Part shown: one piece after another, positions 8,759 to 19,269 of the stretch
Layout of the letters: every line of letters starts with the position of its first letter
Position numbering within the stretch: position 1 is the stretch's first letter
Assembly: GCA_910589055.1 (NCBI GenBank)
Contig: CAJURN010000003.1
Location: 84,200 to 148,199 of the forward strand
Direction: 5' to 3'
Origin: an uncultured Muribaculaceae bacterium
GTDB lineage: Bacteria > Bacteroidota > Bacteroidia > Bacteroidales > Muribaculaceae
DNA: 64,000 nt
Made by a program: the position numbers and the translations under genes
Notes under the pieces: generated by a model
Told to the model about the DNA's origin: nothing
What the model saw: the letters and a program-made list of their open reading frames with translations, nothing else
The model's database searches: none

Positions 8759-11700
8759 ATGAAAAAACTTTACACAATTCTTGCCGCTGCAACGGCTCTT
8801 ACAATCACAGCCACAGCATTGCCTGAGCTGGGTTCTGCGCCGCAGAAAGTGCCTGCCGAGGCTAAAACAGTGCCTTATTCTTCGAATATCGCCACGTCGT
8901 CGTCTACACTTGACCCCGATTGGACCGTTATCAATGCGAATGACGATTCCGAAACCTGGACCGCATATTCCTCCACTCAGACTTCATGGGGCGGTCCCGG
9001 CTTTGCAGCGCGTTATAAATATCATAGCACAAATCCCGGCGATGATTATCTTATTTCGCCTGCCATCAGTCTTCAGGCCGGGACTGAATATATGGTAAGA
9101 TATCAGCTTTCCACATATTCCTATCCCGAATCCATGAAGGTGTATGTTTCCACCACCACTGAACCTGAGGAAATTCAGGCTCTCACCCCGATGAAAGAAT
9201 ATATTGACCTGAAACAGAATTTTTACACTCTTGAATCATTCTGTTTCACTCCCGAAACCGATGGTGAGTACTATGTGTCATTCTATGAATGTTCTTCAAA
9301 AAATCAGTTCTATCTCTATCTCGCCGGTTTTGAGATTATGGAAAATAAATTCGCTCCTTCGACTGTTACCGGCCTGAGCGGCGTGCGTGACGCAGCCCGC
9401 GAAGTGAAGGTGAATTTGAGCTGGACTCTTCCGACAAAGAGTACTCTCGGTATCGCTTTCACAGAAGAACAGACTGTGGAAAAGGTGCTTGTTTACCGCG
9501 ATGGCGGCGAACGTGCCATTGCCGAACTCGAAGGTGCCGCTACGGAATTTACTGACACTGAGGAATACGGACTCACCCCCGGAACACATACTTATGAAGT
9601 GGCCGTGGTTGTTGCCGGCGAGACCAGCGCGAAGTGCGCTCCCGTTACAGTAAAGAACGTAGGTCCGCTTGTAGCCGTTGACGTTCCTGCCGACCTTACC
9701 ATCGCTGATGCCGATGATTATGACAACTGGACCGTGCTTGTTGGCGACCAGAGAGTAGGCAACTGCTACGACTGGGCTATGATGTCGGGCGGCAAAGGTG
9801 CGCAGTACCGCTATGTGGCAAGCACCGACCAGGACGACTGGCTTATCTCCCCTCCCGTCAATATCGTCGAACCGGGATTTTACAAGATTGACCTCGGTAT
9901 CTACAAGAGCTCAAGCTATGACGTACCCAACAAGTTTGAATTATATGCCGGTAAGGAACTCTCGATTGAAGGCATGACTCAGCTGGTGACCGAGCAGATT
10001 CCTCTGTCGACCACTAAAAAGACACAGTCCATAGTTGCCAAGATTGCCGAAGCCGGAACTTATTATTTCGGAGTGCATGCCGCAACTAAAAGTGCCACAG
10101 GTTCAATGTACGTCTATGTCACAGGCATGACTGTTGAACAGACCGAGAAAACCCCTCTTGCTGTTACCGACCTCACTGCCACTCCTGATGCAGAACTCGC
10201 TCTCAGCGTGACTCTCAACTGGACTGCTCCCGCCGAGGACACTACCGGCGAAGAACTTCTGCCGGAAGAGTACAGCACCGAAGTTTATCGCGGCGAAGAT
10301 CTCATTGCCACTCTTGCAGGTGGAGTGAATGAATATGTCGATGAAGAAGTTCCCGCTTCGGGCGTGTATACCTACAAGGTGAAGACCGTAGCCCCCGAAG
10401 GAGCTTCAGTTGAAACCCATCCCGCGGTAACTACAACCTGGGTCGGTAAGCCCTGGGTAGCTCTGCCTTATTCAACCTCTTTCAAGAGTGCAGACGTGAC
10501 TCGTGGCACATGGAGTGTTCTGGATGCCAATGAGGACGGCAAGACATGGGCGCTCACAAGCGGAACAATCAGCGATGACGACTTCGGTTGCAATCCTCCG
10601 GTTGCTGATTCCGAGGGCGTACGCCACTATCTCGACTACCTGATTTCGCCCTATATGGATTTCGAGGCCGGATATTATGTGGTATATTTCCAGATTCGCG
10701 CCACCAAGGATATGCCTCTCAACGTAGGTCTGATTCCTGCCGGTACCGCTTCCGCTGAACGTATGGATATGCAGCAGGTACAGCAGGTGCTCTCTGCCGG
10801 AACTTCCTGGAAGCAGCAAAAAGTGATTTTCCACTTCGATGAAGCCGGTGAGTATCAGGTTGTGTTTGCAATGAACGAAGACACCACCGTGGGTACAACT
10901 TACGTCTCCGACAAAATGCGTCTTGATGATGTTTCGGTGGAAGTATATCCCGTTCTTCCGGGTGTGGTGACTGACCTGAAGGTTGTCGCAGCCGAAGATG
11001 AATCTCTTGAGGCTACCGTAAGCTGGACAAATCCCACCGAATCGAATGTTCCCGGTCTTGCTCCCGAACTTACGATGGCAAACGTATACCGCGACGGCGA
11101 TCTCGTGGGCATCATTGAGGAAGGTCTTGTGTCCGGTGAAACCACCGAATGGATCGACAATGAGAAAAACGGGCTCTCCGCAGGTACGCATAAATACGAA
11201 GTCGAGGTGTTCACTGCCGACGGCAAGAGTACTGCCACACGTCCTGCCGTGACATCGGAATGGATTGGCGGAGGCTATGAGGCTCCTTATATCGCTGTCG
11301 GTACGAACTACTCATCTGAATCAAGCTATTTCTTTACAGAGTGGACCATCATCAATGTCGACGGCGACAAGGGTTCGAGCATTTGGTCTGAACCGTACAC
11401 CTGGATTGCACGTGCTGCGGCTCTCAACGCGGCCAATATTGAAAACCATGCCGACGACTGGGCGATTTCACCCCGTATCCAGCTCGACCACAATATGGTG
11501 TACAAGCTCACTATCGACACTTATCTCGGCTCAAGCTACGAGAAATATGATGTTGACGGCGAAGGCTACCCCGTGGAAGTATATGCCGGTAAGGGTTCCG
11601 ACTACACTACATATACTTATATCGGTACACTCCGTCTGAATGCCCGCAATGGCAGCACAACGAATAACGAACTTTATCTCGCATCCAGCCCTCAGACCCA

Positions 11701-12151
11701 CGAACTCTATGTATGTGGCGCCACCGACGAGGAAATGGCCGAGACACCTGAGACCGACGAACCCGTGGCACTCAGCGACGAAGAGGACATGGGCACAAGC
11801 CCCAACAAGGACAAGGCTGTGAACGTTCCGATGGGCGGCACTTCGTTTGCCTTCTATGTAAACACTCCCGGTGGTTGCAATATCCGTCGTTTCACTGTCG
11901 AGAAAGACGGATCGAAGACCGGAGTTGACTTCGCGGAAGTAGAAGAAAACGGCGTTGTGTTTGTCGACGGCAAGCTCGTGGTTGACGGCACTGCAACAAA
12001 TCTCCGCGTGTACGACGTGGCCGGTAAGCTCGTAGCCATGGCCGATGTAGTCGAGGCAGGCGAGTTCAGCCTTGAAGGTCTCAATGCCGGTGTCTACATC
12101 GTACGCCTGAGCGTCAACGGTACTCCCGTAAGCCTCAAGGTGAGAATCTGA
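8759..12151 (+). CDS. T9SS-secreted protein with repeated cleaved-adhesin (choice-of-anchor J-like) and FN3-like domains
   Basis: Signal peptide; 4 repeats of W(T/S)..(N/D)....W...D(Y/W)(L/A)ISP alternating with VT(G/D)L...(L/V)xWT modules; C-terminal VYDVAGK...GVYIVRL...KVRI. Confidence 0.8.
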   Translation: MKKLYTILAAATALTITATALPELGSAPQKVPAEAKTVPYSSNIATSSSTLDPDWTVINANDDSETWTAYSSTQTSWGGPGFAARYKYHSTNPGDDYLISPAISLQAGTEYMVRYQLSTYSYPESMKVYVSTTTEPEEIQALTPMKEYIDLKQNFYTLESFCFTPETDGEYYVSFYECSSKNQFYLYLAGFEIMENKFAPSTVTGLSGVRDAAREVKVNLSWTLPTKSTLGIAFTEEQTVEKVLVYRDGGERAIAELEGAATEFTDTEEYGLTPGTHTYEVAVVVAGETSAKCAPVTVKNVGPLVAVDVPADLTIADADDYDNWTVLVGDQRVGNCYDWAMMSGGKGAQYRYVASTDQDDWLISPPVNIVEPGFYKIDLGIYKSSSYDVPNKFELYAGKELSIEGMTQLVTEQIPLSTTKKTQSIVAKIAEAGTYYFGVHAATKSATGSMYVYVTGMTVEQTEKTPLAVTDLTATPDAELALSVTLNWTAPAEDTTGEELLPEEYSTEVYRGEDLIATLAGGVNEYVDEEVPASGVYTYKVKTVAPEGASVETHPAVTTTWVGKPWVALPYSTSFKSADVTRGTWSVLDANEDGKTWALTSGTISDDDFGCNPPVADSEGVRHYLDYLISPYMDFEAGYYVVYFQIRATKDMPLNVGLIPAGTASAERMDMQQVQQVLSAGTSWKQQKVIFHFDEAGEYQVVFAMNEDTTVGTTYVSDKMRLDDVSVEVYPVLPGVVTDLKVVAAEDESLEATVSWTNPTESNVPGLAPELTMANVYRDGDLVGIIEEGLVSGETTEWIDNEKNGLSAGTHKYEVEVFTADGKSTATRPAVTSEWIGGGYEAPYIAVGTNYSSESSYFFTEWTIINVDGDKGSSIWSEPYTWIARAAALNAANIENHADDWAISPRIQLDHNMVYKLTIDTYLGSSYEKYDVDGEGYPVEVYAGKGSDYTTYTYIGTLRLNARNGSTTNNELYLASSPQTHELYVCGATDEEMAETPETDEPVALSDEEDMGTSPNKDKAVNVPMGGTSFAFYVNTPGGCNIRRFTVEKDGSKTGVDFAEVEENGVVFVDGKLVVDGTATNLRVYDVAGKLVAMADVVEAGEFSLEGLNAGVYIVRLSVNGTPVSLKVRI

Positions 12152-12182
12152 CAGGCAAGTCATCTGATTATGTGAAAACCGG

Positions 12183-12221
12183 ACGGACGGTATCTCCCGC
12201 AGCAGGGAGATACCTGTCCGT
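12183..12221. other. Strong intergenic hairpin between the two adhesin genes
   Basis: ACGGAC-GGTATCTCCC / GGGAGATACC-T-GTCCGT stem with only a short T run after it. Confidence 0.6.
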
Positions 12222-12261
12222 TTCGGCGTTAAAACAGATACCCGAAAAACCTATTGAATAA

Positions 12262-15200
12262 ATGAAAAAAACAGCGTTAAAAAGCATCATTTGTGTTGTC
12301 GCGCTCGCAACATCCGCAGCCGTGTCGGCGTCCGGATTGAGCGACATGCGCAAGACCTCGGCTGTGGCGCATGCAGCCGTTGCTCCCGAACCTTCCACCA
12401 CCGTGGCAGGTATCATGGTGAGCAATGAGAACTGGACTTCGACCGACCAGGCCGGAGTGTACTCCATCGAGGTGCGTGAGGGTGGCGCAATCAATCTTGT
12501 AAAGTCCAATCCGTCGATGGCGAGTGTTGCCGCCGGTGTGCTAAAGGACAATCTCATGTACTGTGTGGAAGCCGATATGAACGGCTTCTATTACAGCAAG
12601 TACTCGGCAAATACATGGAACATTTCCGGCTCTCGCGAGGAAATCGACGTGGTGAATGTTCCATCCGACCTCACTTTCGACCCCGTCACCAATAAAGTGT
12701 ACGGAGGCTTCTGGGATGAGGAATACAACGGGTTCAGCCGCTTCGGCAGCTTTGACCTCACATTCGGCGAGGCGTCGGACATCAACGATGCCCAGCGTGA
12801 CGAGCGCGATATTTTCGCTATCGCCGCCGATGGCAAAGGAACTCTCTACTGCCTTTTCGGCGCCTTCAACTATCTTGCCACACTCGACCCCAAGACGGGC
12901 CAGGTGGAGCGCATCAAGACCACCGGACTCAATCCCGAGGCGCGCGTGTCGGAAAATCATGTAAGCTCGATGTGCTATGATGCCGAGAACGACCGTCTTA
13001 TCGCATGTGTGTATGAAGCTACCGGTTATGGCGCTTCCAAAACAACTTCGTCGAGCCTTTACACCCTCAATCCCCATACCGGCGAGGTGACTAAAGTAAT
13101 GGACCTTCCCGGTAAGGCATGCTTCGCGGGATTGTTCGTGATGGAGGATGCCGTGGCTGCCGATGCTCCCGGCGAGCCTTCCAACGTGAGGGTTGAGTTC
13201 GCATCGCCCCTGTCGCTGAGCGGTGTTGTAAAGTTCGATGCTCCGCAGAAGAGTGTCGGTGGAGCCGCATTGTCCGGTGCGATGATGGCGATTGTGAATG
13301 TCAACGGAGTGGAGACCGTCGTTGACGGCATACTTCCCGGTGCTCCGGTCACCACTCCGGCCATGCAGTTTGTCGGAGGTACCAACGAGGTTAAGGTGAC
13401 GATGTGCAACGCCACCCATCGCGGAGGTAACGCAAGCATTTCCGTCTGGGCCGGTGAGGATGTGCCTTCAGCCGTTTCCAACCTGCTTCTTTCGGTGGAA
13501 AACGGTGTGGCAACTCTCACATGGACAGCTCCCGCCGCGGGTGCCAACGGAGGTGCGGTCGATTCTGCCAATCTGAAATACCGCATTGTGCGCAATGCCG
13601 ACGGAACTGTCGTGGCCGATGGCGCAACCGGAACGAGCTTCACCGACCGTACTGTTGACACTTCATGGAAAGCTCTGTCCTATTCCGTCACCGCCTATAA
13701 TTCCGTTGGCTCGTCGGAGGCTGTGACTTCCAATACAGCTCTTGCTTCAGGAGCGCTTCAGGTGCCCTTTACCGAAGGTTTCGATACTGCCGAGGACTTC
13801 AATCTCTGGACGGTGGAAGACCTTAACGGCGGTGCCACATGGTTCCATCACAATGGCAGCAGCCCTGTGAGCGACCCCTGCGCAGCCTATAAGTACGACG
13901 CGGACAAGCTCCCCGCTGACGACTGGCTCATTTCTCCGGCAATCTCTCTCAAGGCCGGCGAGACTTATAAACTCGGCTACTCCTGGCGCGTCTACAACAA
14001 GTCGTATAAGGAAAGTTTCGACATCGTGCTCGGCACGGCTCCCAATTCCGCATCCATGGGCATGCCTCTGGCATCGCATGTCAATGTCGTGAATACGACT
14101 GTCGAGACCGGAGAGGCCGGATTCACCGTGCCTGCCGACGGATTGTACTATCTCGGAATCCACTGCCTGAGCGCATCCTATCAGTGGCAGCTTTATATCG
14201 ACAATGTGGGCATTTCCGAAATTGATGCCGGAGTTCCCGCGCCCGTTGCCGACCTTCGTCTGACACCTGCCGCCGGCGGCTCGCGCAATGTAACGATAGC
14301 CTTCACCGCTCCCTCGGAGACCGCCAAGGGCAATCCCCTCGAAGCCGGATTCACTGCCACCGTGCAGCGCGACGGAACTCTCGTGGCTTCCTACCGTAAT
14401 GTCAATCCCGGTCAGGAATTCGAACTTACCGACGACCGCATCAGCGCCGACGGAGTGGTTACCTATACCGTAAGCTGCTCCAACAGCTTCGGCTCCGGTG
14501 TGCCCGTGACAGCCAAGACCTACGCCGGAGTGGATGCCCCGGGCGCAGTCAGCAACCTCGTACTGTCCGAACTCAACAATCATCCCCACCTCACATGGGA
14601 AATTCCCTCCGAGGGTGCCAACGGCGGCTGGTTCGATGAATCGTCGCTGACCTACCGCATCGTGCGCAGCGACGGCGCTGTCATCACCGAGTCCTGCACC
14701 GCAACTTCCTACACCGATAACAGCTTCACCTCTCCTTCGAGCGGTCAGGAAGGCCTGTGGTATCTTGTAACGCCTTATTCCTCCGGTAAGAAGGGTACTT
14801 ACATGCAAACAGAGCTGATGCTCTTCGGCAAACCCTATCCAGCGCCTGTTGCCGAAACCTTCGCCAACGCCGGAATGTCGCTCAATCCCTGGAGCGCACA
14901 GTCGGCCACTGCCGTGAACTACTCCTGGACCCTCGACAACATGGGATATAACCCGACCGCATCCGACCAGAACGGCGACCGCGGTCTTGCCACCTTCCAC
15001 AGCGTGGGCGAACCCGTCGGAGCAACCTCCTATTTCTACTCTCCCATGATTGATATTTCCTCGCTCAACGACCCCGAGGTGAGCTTCTGGCTCTACCACG
15101 CCGCAGGCGACGGAAATGAGTCAATGGATGTCCTTGTCTCTGCCGGAACCGATGCTTTCCTGCCTCTTGAGGGCGCCAAGACCATACGCCGCGACCAGGC

Positions 15201-16686
15201 CGACGGCTGGGTGCGCTACGCTTACAGCCTGAAGGACTATAAGACAGCTCCATGGGTGCGTATCGGCTTCATGGGCACCTGCGACAAGGTCGCCGACATG
15301 TATCTCGACAACTTCGCCATCGGTGAGGCTGTGGCTGTAGATGCCGCGCTTAGCGCCTTCTCCGGCCCGGCACGTATCGCTGCCGGTGAAACTGCCGTTT
15401 ACAAGGCTACCATCCTCAATGCAGGCCGCGAGACACTTCCGGCCGTGACGCTTACTCTCACCGACCTCTCGGGCAACACTCTCGGAACTGCAACAAGCGG
15501 GGCGATTGAAGTTGGCAAGGAGGTTCGCCTTACAGTTGAGGTAGCCGCCGGAGAACCCCGCACGCTCACCGTAGTGGCAGGCATCAAGGCTGCCGGTGAC
15601 ACAAATTCCGGAAACGATCTCGCCACGTTCGTAACCAAGGTTGTCACTCCCTCCGTGGCTGCTCCCGATGGATTGCAGGCCGTTTCCAACGGCGACGGTT
15701 CGGCTACCCTGACATGGAACGATGCTTCCACCCGTGCCGCCGTGACCGACGATGTTGAATCCTACACCGACTGGGCAATCGACGGAGTGGGTGAGTGGAG
15801 CATGTGGGACGGCGACTATGACCTGACCTACATGATCAGCAACGGACTCCAGTATCCCTACGCTACCGACCGCAAGGCCTTCCAGGTGTGCAACGCCAAC
15901 GCGCTCGGCATCGACATCTGGGACGAGGGTATGCCCCATTCCGGAAACAAGATGTTCATGGCTATGGCTTCGCAGTTCTATGTGAACAACGACTGGCTCA
16001 TTTCGCCCGAACTCAACGGCAACGCACAGTGGATTTCATTCTTCGCGCGCTCGTTCACACTTCAGGACACTCCTGCGGAGCGCATGCGTGTGTGGTATTC
16101 GACCACCGACAATGATCCCGCCAACTTCACCGAAATCACCACTTCCTACATCGAGCTTTCCGGCACGTGGAAGGAATTCGAGTACTATCTGCCCGAAGGC
16201 ACACGCCACTTCGCCATCAACTGCGTGAGCGACGGAGCATTCGCGATGTTTGTCGATGACCTATCGTTCAACGACCTTACGGTGCCCAACTGGACTCTCA
16301 CAGGATACGACGTATATTGCAACGGTGTGAAGATTGGCAGTGCCACCGACACCGGATTCACCGACACCGAGGCCGGAACGCGTGGCAAGTGCTCTTATGC
16401 TGTCAAGGCCGTTTACGACCGTGGCGAGAGCGCTCTGTCCGAGGCTGCCGTGCTTGATCTCACAGGTGTTGACGGGCTTATTGCCGGAACATCGGCACGC
16501 GTCTATGCTTCCGCAGGCGAAATCCATGTTGACGGTGCAGAAGGACTGGCAGTGGCAGTCTACAATCCGGCCGGAACAGAGGTATTCGCCTCAGCGTCGG
16601 CTTCCGCAAGCGCGACAGTGGCCGCAGTCCCCGGCGTATATCTCGTACGCGTGGGCGAATCCACATTCAAGATTGTAGTGAAATAA
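12262..16686 (+). CDS. T9SS-secreted protein: N-terminal beta-propeller, FN3, cleaved-adhesin and CARDB-like domains
   Basis: Signal peptide; propeller-like blades (DLTFDP..KVYG, AIAADG.G.LY, SMCYD...RLI); DDWLISP and NDWLISP; C-terminal VYNPAG...GVYLVRV...KIVVK. Confidence 0.8.
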   Translation: MKKTALKSIICVVALATSAAVSASGLSDMRKTSAVAHAAVAPEPSTTVAGIMVSNENWTSTDQAGVYSIEVREGGAINLVKSNPSMASVAAGVLKDNLMYCVEADMNGFYYSKYSANTWNISGSREEIDVVNVPSDLTFDPVTNKVYGGFWDEEYNGFSRFGSFDLTFGEASDINDAQRDERDIFAIAADGKGTLYCLFGAFNYLATLDPKTGQVERIKTTGLNPEARVSENHVSSMCYDAENDRLIACVYEATGYGASKTTSSSLYTLNPHTGEVTKVMDLPGKACFAGLFVMEDAVAADAPGEPSNVRVEFASPLSLSGVVKFDAPQKSVGGAALSGAMMAIVNVNGVETVVDGILPGAPVTTPAMQFVGGTNEVKVTMCNATHRGGNASISVWAGEDVPSAVSNLLLSVENGVATLTWTAPAAGANGGAVDSANLKYRIVRNADGTVVADGATGTSFTDRTVDTSWKALSYSVTAYNSVGSSEAVTSNTALASGALQVPFTEGFDTAEDFNLWTVEDLNGGATWFHHNGSSPVSDPCAAYKYDADKLPADDWLISPAISLKAGETYKLGYSWRVYNKSYKESFDIVLGTAPNSASMGMPLASHVNVVNTTVETGEAGFTVPADGLYYLGIHCLSASYQWQLYIDNVGISEIDAGVPAPVADLRLTPAAGGSRNVTIAFTAPSETAKGNPLEAGFTATVQRDGTLVASYRNVNPGQEFELTDDRISADGVVTYTVSCSNSFGSGVPVTAKTYAGVDAPGAVSNLVLSELNNHPHLTWEIPSEGANGGWFDESSLTYRIVRSDGAVITESCTATSYTDNSFTSPSSGQEGLWYLVTPYSSGKKGTYMQTELMLFGKPYPAPVAETFANAGMSLNPWSAQSATAVNYSWTLDNMGYNPTASDQNGDRGLATFHSVGEPVGATSYFYSPMIDISSLNDPEVSFWLYHAAGDGNESMDVLVSAGTDAFLPLEGAKTIRRDQADGWVRYAYSLKDYKTAPWVRIGFMGTCDKVADMYLDNFAIGEAVAVDAALSAFSGPARIAAGETAVYKATILNAGRETLPAVTLTLTDLSGNTLGTATSGAIEVGKEVRLTVEVAAGEPRTLTVVAGIKAAGDTNSGNDLATFVTKVVTPSVAAPDGLQAVSNGDGSATLTWNDASTRAAVTDDVESYTDWAIDGVGEWSMWDGDYDLTYMISNGLQYPYATDRKAFQVCNANALGIDIWDEGMPHSGNKMFMAMASQFYVNNDWLISPELNGNAQWISFFARSFTLQDTPAERMRVWYSTTDNDPANFTEITTSYIELSGTWKEFEYYLPEGTRHFAINCVSDGAFAMFVDDLSFNDLTVPNWTLTGYDVYCNGVKIGSATDTGFTDTEAGTRGKCSYAVKAVYDRGESALSEAAVLDLTGVDGLIAGTSARVYASAGEIHVDGAEGLAVAVYNPAGTEVFASASASASATVAAVPGVYLVRVGESTFKIVVK

Positions 16687-16711
16687 AGGCTTCCCAAGCC
16701 TCCGGATCAAG

Positions 16712-16749
16712 GCCCTGCCCGAGCACCGCGCTCCGGCAGGGCTTTTTTT
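16712..16749 (+). terminator. Intrinsic terminator
   Basis: GCCCTGCC/GGCAGGGC stem followed by T7. Confidence 0.85.
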
Positions 16750-16841
16750 GTGAGGGAGGGCAAAAGTGCCCTCTGTTGTTAACGATTCTAAAAATCCACT
16801 AAAGACACTAAAACGCGGCTTGTATTTTTAAAGATTTGATA

Positions 16842-16849
16842 TAAATTTG
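16842..16849 (+). promoter_or_regulatory. -7 promoter element for the DUF4855 pair
   Basis: TAAATTTG about 45 nt upstream of the ATG. Confidence 0.6.
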
Positions 16850-16892
16850 CATAGACTTTATTAAATAAATACACAATCAATCCTACGAAACC

Positions 16893-17993
16893 ATGAATTT
16901 TTGTAATCTTCTGACGCGAATAGGTCTAATAATTTCTTTTGTAGCTCTGTCTTTTGCACAGGATACCGCTGCAAGAGAACGCATAGCCCGCACCGACTAT
17001 GACACCTACAAGATTCGCGACCTTGCGCTCATCTATCAGGGAAACGGTCGTCGTCTTGACTGGACTCAGGAGGATTTCACACCATATATTACCCACGAAT
17101 TTGCCGACGGACACCGCGACTGGACTTTCGACGGATTTCTTTTCCTCGAGACCGACAACGGCAATGGCGTTTCGTTCATCCCCTCCACGGGCAAGATGGG
17201 CACAAAGCAGGATTGGCAATGGTATCTCGACGGCCTTTTTGCAAAGAACCGCGCCCTCGATGCCCTCGACAAGAGTATTTCAAAAATGAAAAAGAAAATC
17301 GGAGACCCCGGTTTCAAGCATAAAGTTGTACTGACAATTCTAACACCCTGCCTTAAAACTGAAAACTGGGGCGAGATTGACGGCAAGCCGGTTGACATGA
17401 CTCAATACGACCAGGCCGCCCTCGCTTCCAAATGGTACATCGACCAGCTCGTGAGCCGCTTCAAGAAAGCAAAGTACAAGAATCTTGAGCTCGTTGGCCT
17501 TTACTGGCTTGACGAGGACCTGTGCCACACGTTCGACCTTCCGAAGTATGTCGAGCCGTATGTCCACGCCCACGACCTGGATTATATCTGGATTCCTTAT
17601 TTCAATGCCCGCGGTATAGGGACATGGCGCGAGCAGGGATTCGACATGGTGTATATCCAGCCGAATTATCTTTTTGATTCCAAAATCTCGCGCCTTCGTC
17701 TGCGCGACTCCACCGACTATGCCCGTGGCCTTGGCACAGGCCTCGAGCTTGAGTTGGACCACACTTCGCTCAACGGCTACTCCGACGGATTCAATTCCGC
17801 CTCCCGCCTGCGCGATTACATCGACTGGTTCCGCCAGACCGGCGTATGGGACCGCTCCGGCGTGGCCTATTACACCGGCACCAAGGCAATCAAGCTGATG
17901 GACGAAAGCAAGGATCCCGCCGATCAGGCCATCATGGACGAGCTTTTCCAAATAATCGTTGACCGCCGCAGCAATCCGGCGCTCGTGAAGTGA
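16893..17993 (+). CDS. DUF4855 family protein, paralog 1
   Basis: Signal peptide; DLALIY, FDGFLFLE, GLYWLDE, WIPYF, YIQPNY, GLELELD, AYY motifs. Confidence 0.85.
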   Translation: MNFCNLLTRIGLIISFVALSFAQDTAARERIARTDYDTYKIRDLALIYQGNGRRLDWTQEDFTPYITHEFADGHRDWTFDGFLFLETDNGNGVSFIPSTGKMGTKQDWQWYLDGLFAKNRALDALDKSISKMKKKIGDPGFKHKVVLTILTPCLKTENWGEIDGKPVDMTQYDQAALASKWYIDQLVSRFKKAKYKNLELVGLYWLDEDLCHTFDLPKYVEPYVHAHDLDYIWIPYFNARGIGTWREQGFDMVYIQPNYLFDSKISRLRLRDSTDYARGLGTGLELELDHTSLNGYSDGFNSASRLRDYIDWFRQTGVWDRSGVAYYTGTKAIKLMDESKDPADQAIMDELFQIIVDRRSNPALVK

Positions 17994-18022
17994 GTTTGGC
18001 CGATTAAGGAATTAATGATTAA

Positions 18023-19141
18023 ATGATTAAGGACAATATGAAAATTTCAGTAAAAAATATATGCCGCCGTATGGCCGCTGCAGCTCTTGCAGTGATTCTT
18101 GTGTCAGGCGTGACCGATGCCCGCGAGAAAGTCAAGACCGTGGACTACAACACATACAAGTGCCGCGACATGAACCTTATATGGAAGGGCAACGACCAGC
18201 GTCATCAGCGTTGGACTCAGGAGCAGTTTGTGCCCAACGTGAGCCACCTCTTCTCCGACGGCCACCGCGATTGGACTTTCGACGGATTCATCTTCCTTGA
18301 AAGTGCCGCCGAGAACGGCGCTACCTTCTATCCCAGCCTTGGAGTGATGGGCAAGCGGAGCGACTGGCAGTGGTGGATGGACCAGCTTTTTGAACGCGGT
18401 GTGTCGCTCGATGCCCTCGACAAGTGCATCGACAGCCTTAAGACCGAGATTGGCGAGCCGCCTTTCCGCCACAAGATTCTGCTCGGAATTCCGGCTCCAT
18501 GTCCCAAGACAGTCGATTGGGGCGAGGTCGACGGCAAGGTGATTGACATGAGCAATCCCGACGACGCCACTCTTGCCACCAAATGGTTTATCGACGAGAT
18601 GGTTGCCCGCTACCATGCCCAGAACTATAAAAATATCGACCTCATCGGTCTCTACTGGATTGACGAGGACATGTGCAACACCGGCGACATGGCCGCCCGC
18701 GTCGAGCCGCTCGTACATGCCCATGACCTCGACTATTGCTGGATTCCCTATTTCAACGCCCGTGGCATTGGTGCGTGGCGCGACTGGGGATTCGACATGG
18801 TGTGGATTCAGCCCGGATACTTGTTTAACAAAGGCCAGTCGCCTCTTCGCCTGAAAGACGCGATGGACTATGCCCGCGGACTCGGCTTCGGAATGGAGCT
18901 TGAGATGGAGCGCTCATCGCTTTTCGGCATGCCCGAAAGCACCCACAGCAAGGTGCGCGAGTATGTCGACTGGTTTGAGAACGCCGGCGTGTGGGACCGT
19001 TCAGGAGTGGCCTACTATACCGGCACCGATGCTCTCAACTATATGGCGAAGAGCACCGACCCCGAAGACCATGAGTTGATGGACCGCCTTTTCAATATTA
19101 TTGTAAAGCGCCGTTCCAACCCCAAGCTCATCAAGGAATGA
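18023..19141 (+). CDS. DUF4855 family protein, paralog 2
   Basis: Colinear paralog: FDGFIFLE, GLYWIDE, WIPYF, QPGY, GMELEME. Start may be ATG 18038. Confidence 0.85.
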   Translation: MIKDNMKISVKNICRRMAAAALAVILVSGVTDAREKVKTVDYNTYKCRDMNLIWKGNDQRHQRWTQEQFVPNVSHLFSDGHRDWTFDGFIFLESAAENGATFYPSLGVMGKRSDWQWWMDQLFERGVSLDALDKCIDSLKTEIGEPPFRHKILLGIPAPCPKTVDWGEVDGKVIDMSNPDDATLATKWFIDEMVARYHAQNYKNIDLIGLYWIDEDMCNTGDMAARVEPLVHAHDLDYCWIPYFNARGIGAWRDWGFDMVWIQPGYLFNKGQSPLRLKDAMDYARGLGFGMELEMERSSLFGMPESTHSKVREYVDWFENAGVWDRSGVAYYTGTDALNYMAKSTDPEDHELMDRLFNIIVKRRSNPKLIKE

Positions 19142-19269
19142 AACCACGTTAATGAAATTAATGATTCACATCCCTAATATGAGGTATTAGGGATGGATGA
19201 TGAAGGATTCATACACTGCCGGCTATGGGGCAGACTCAGGTACACAAGGTTATTTAGGTTTTTTATATC

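Noticed and set aside
13747..15099. 450-aa antisense ORF (and similar ones at 24576-25661, 27647-28561, 44570-45484)
   Set aside because: They lie opposite well-supported genes and show no protein-family features.
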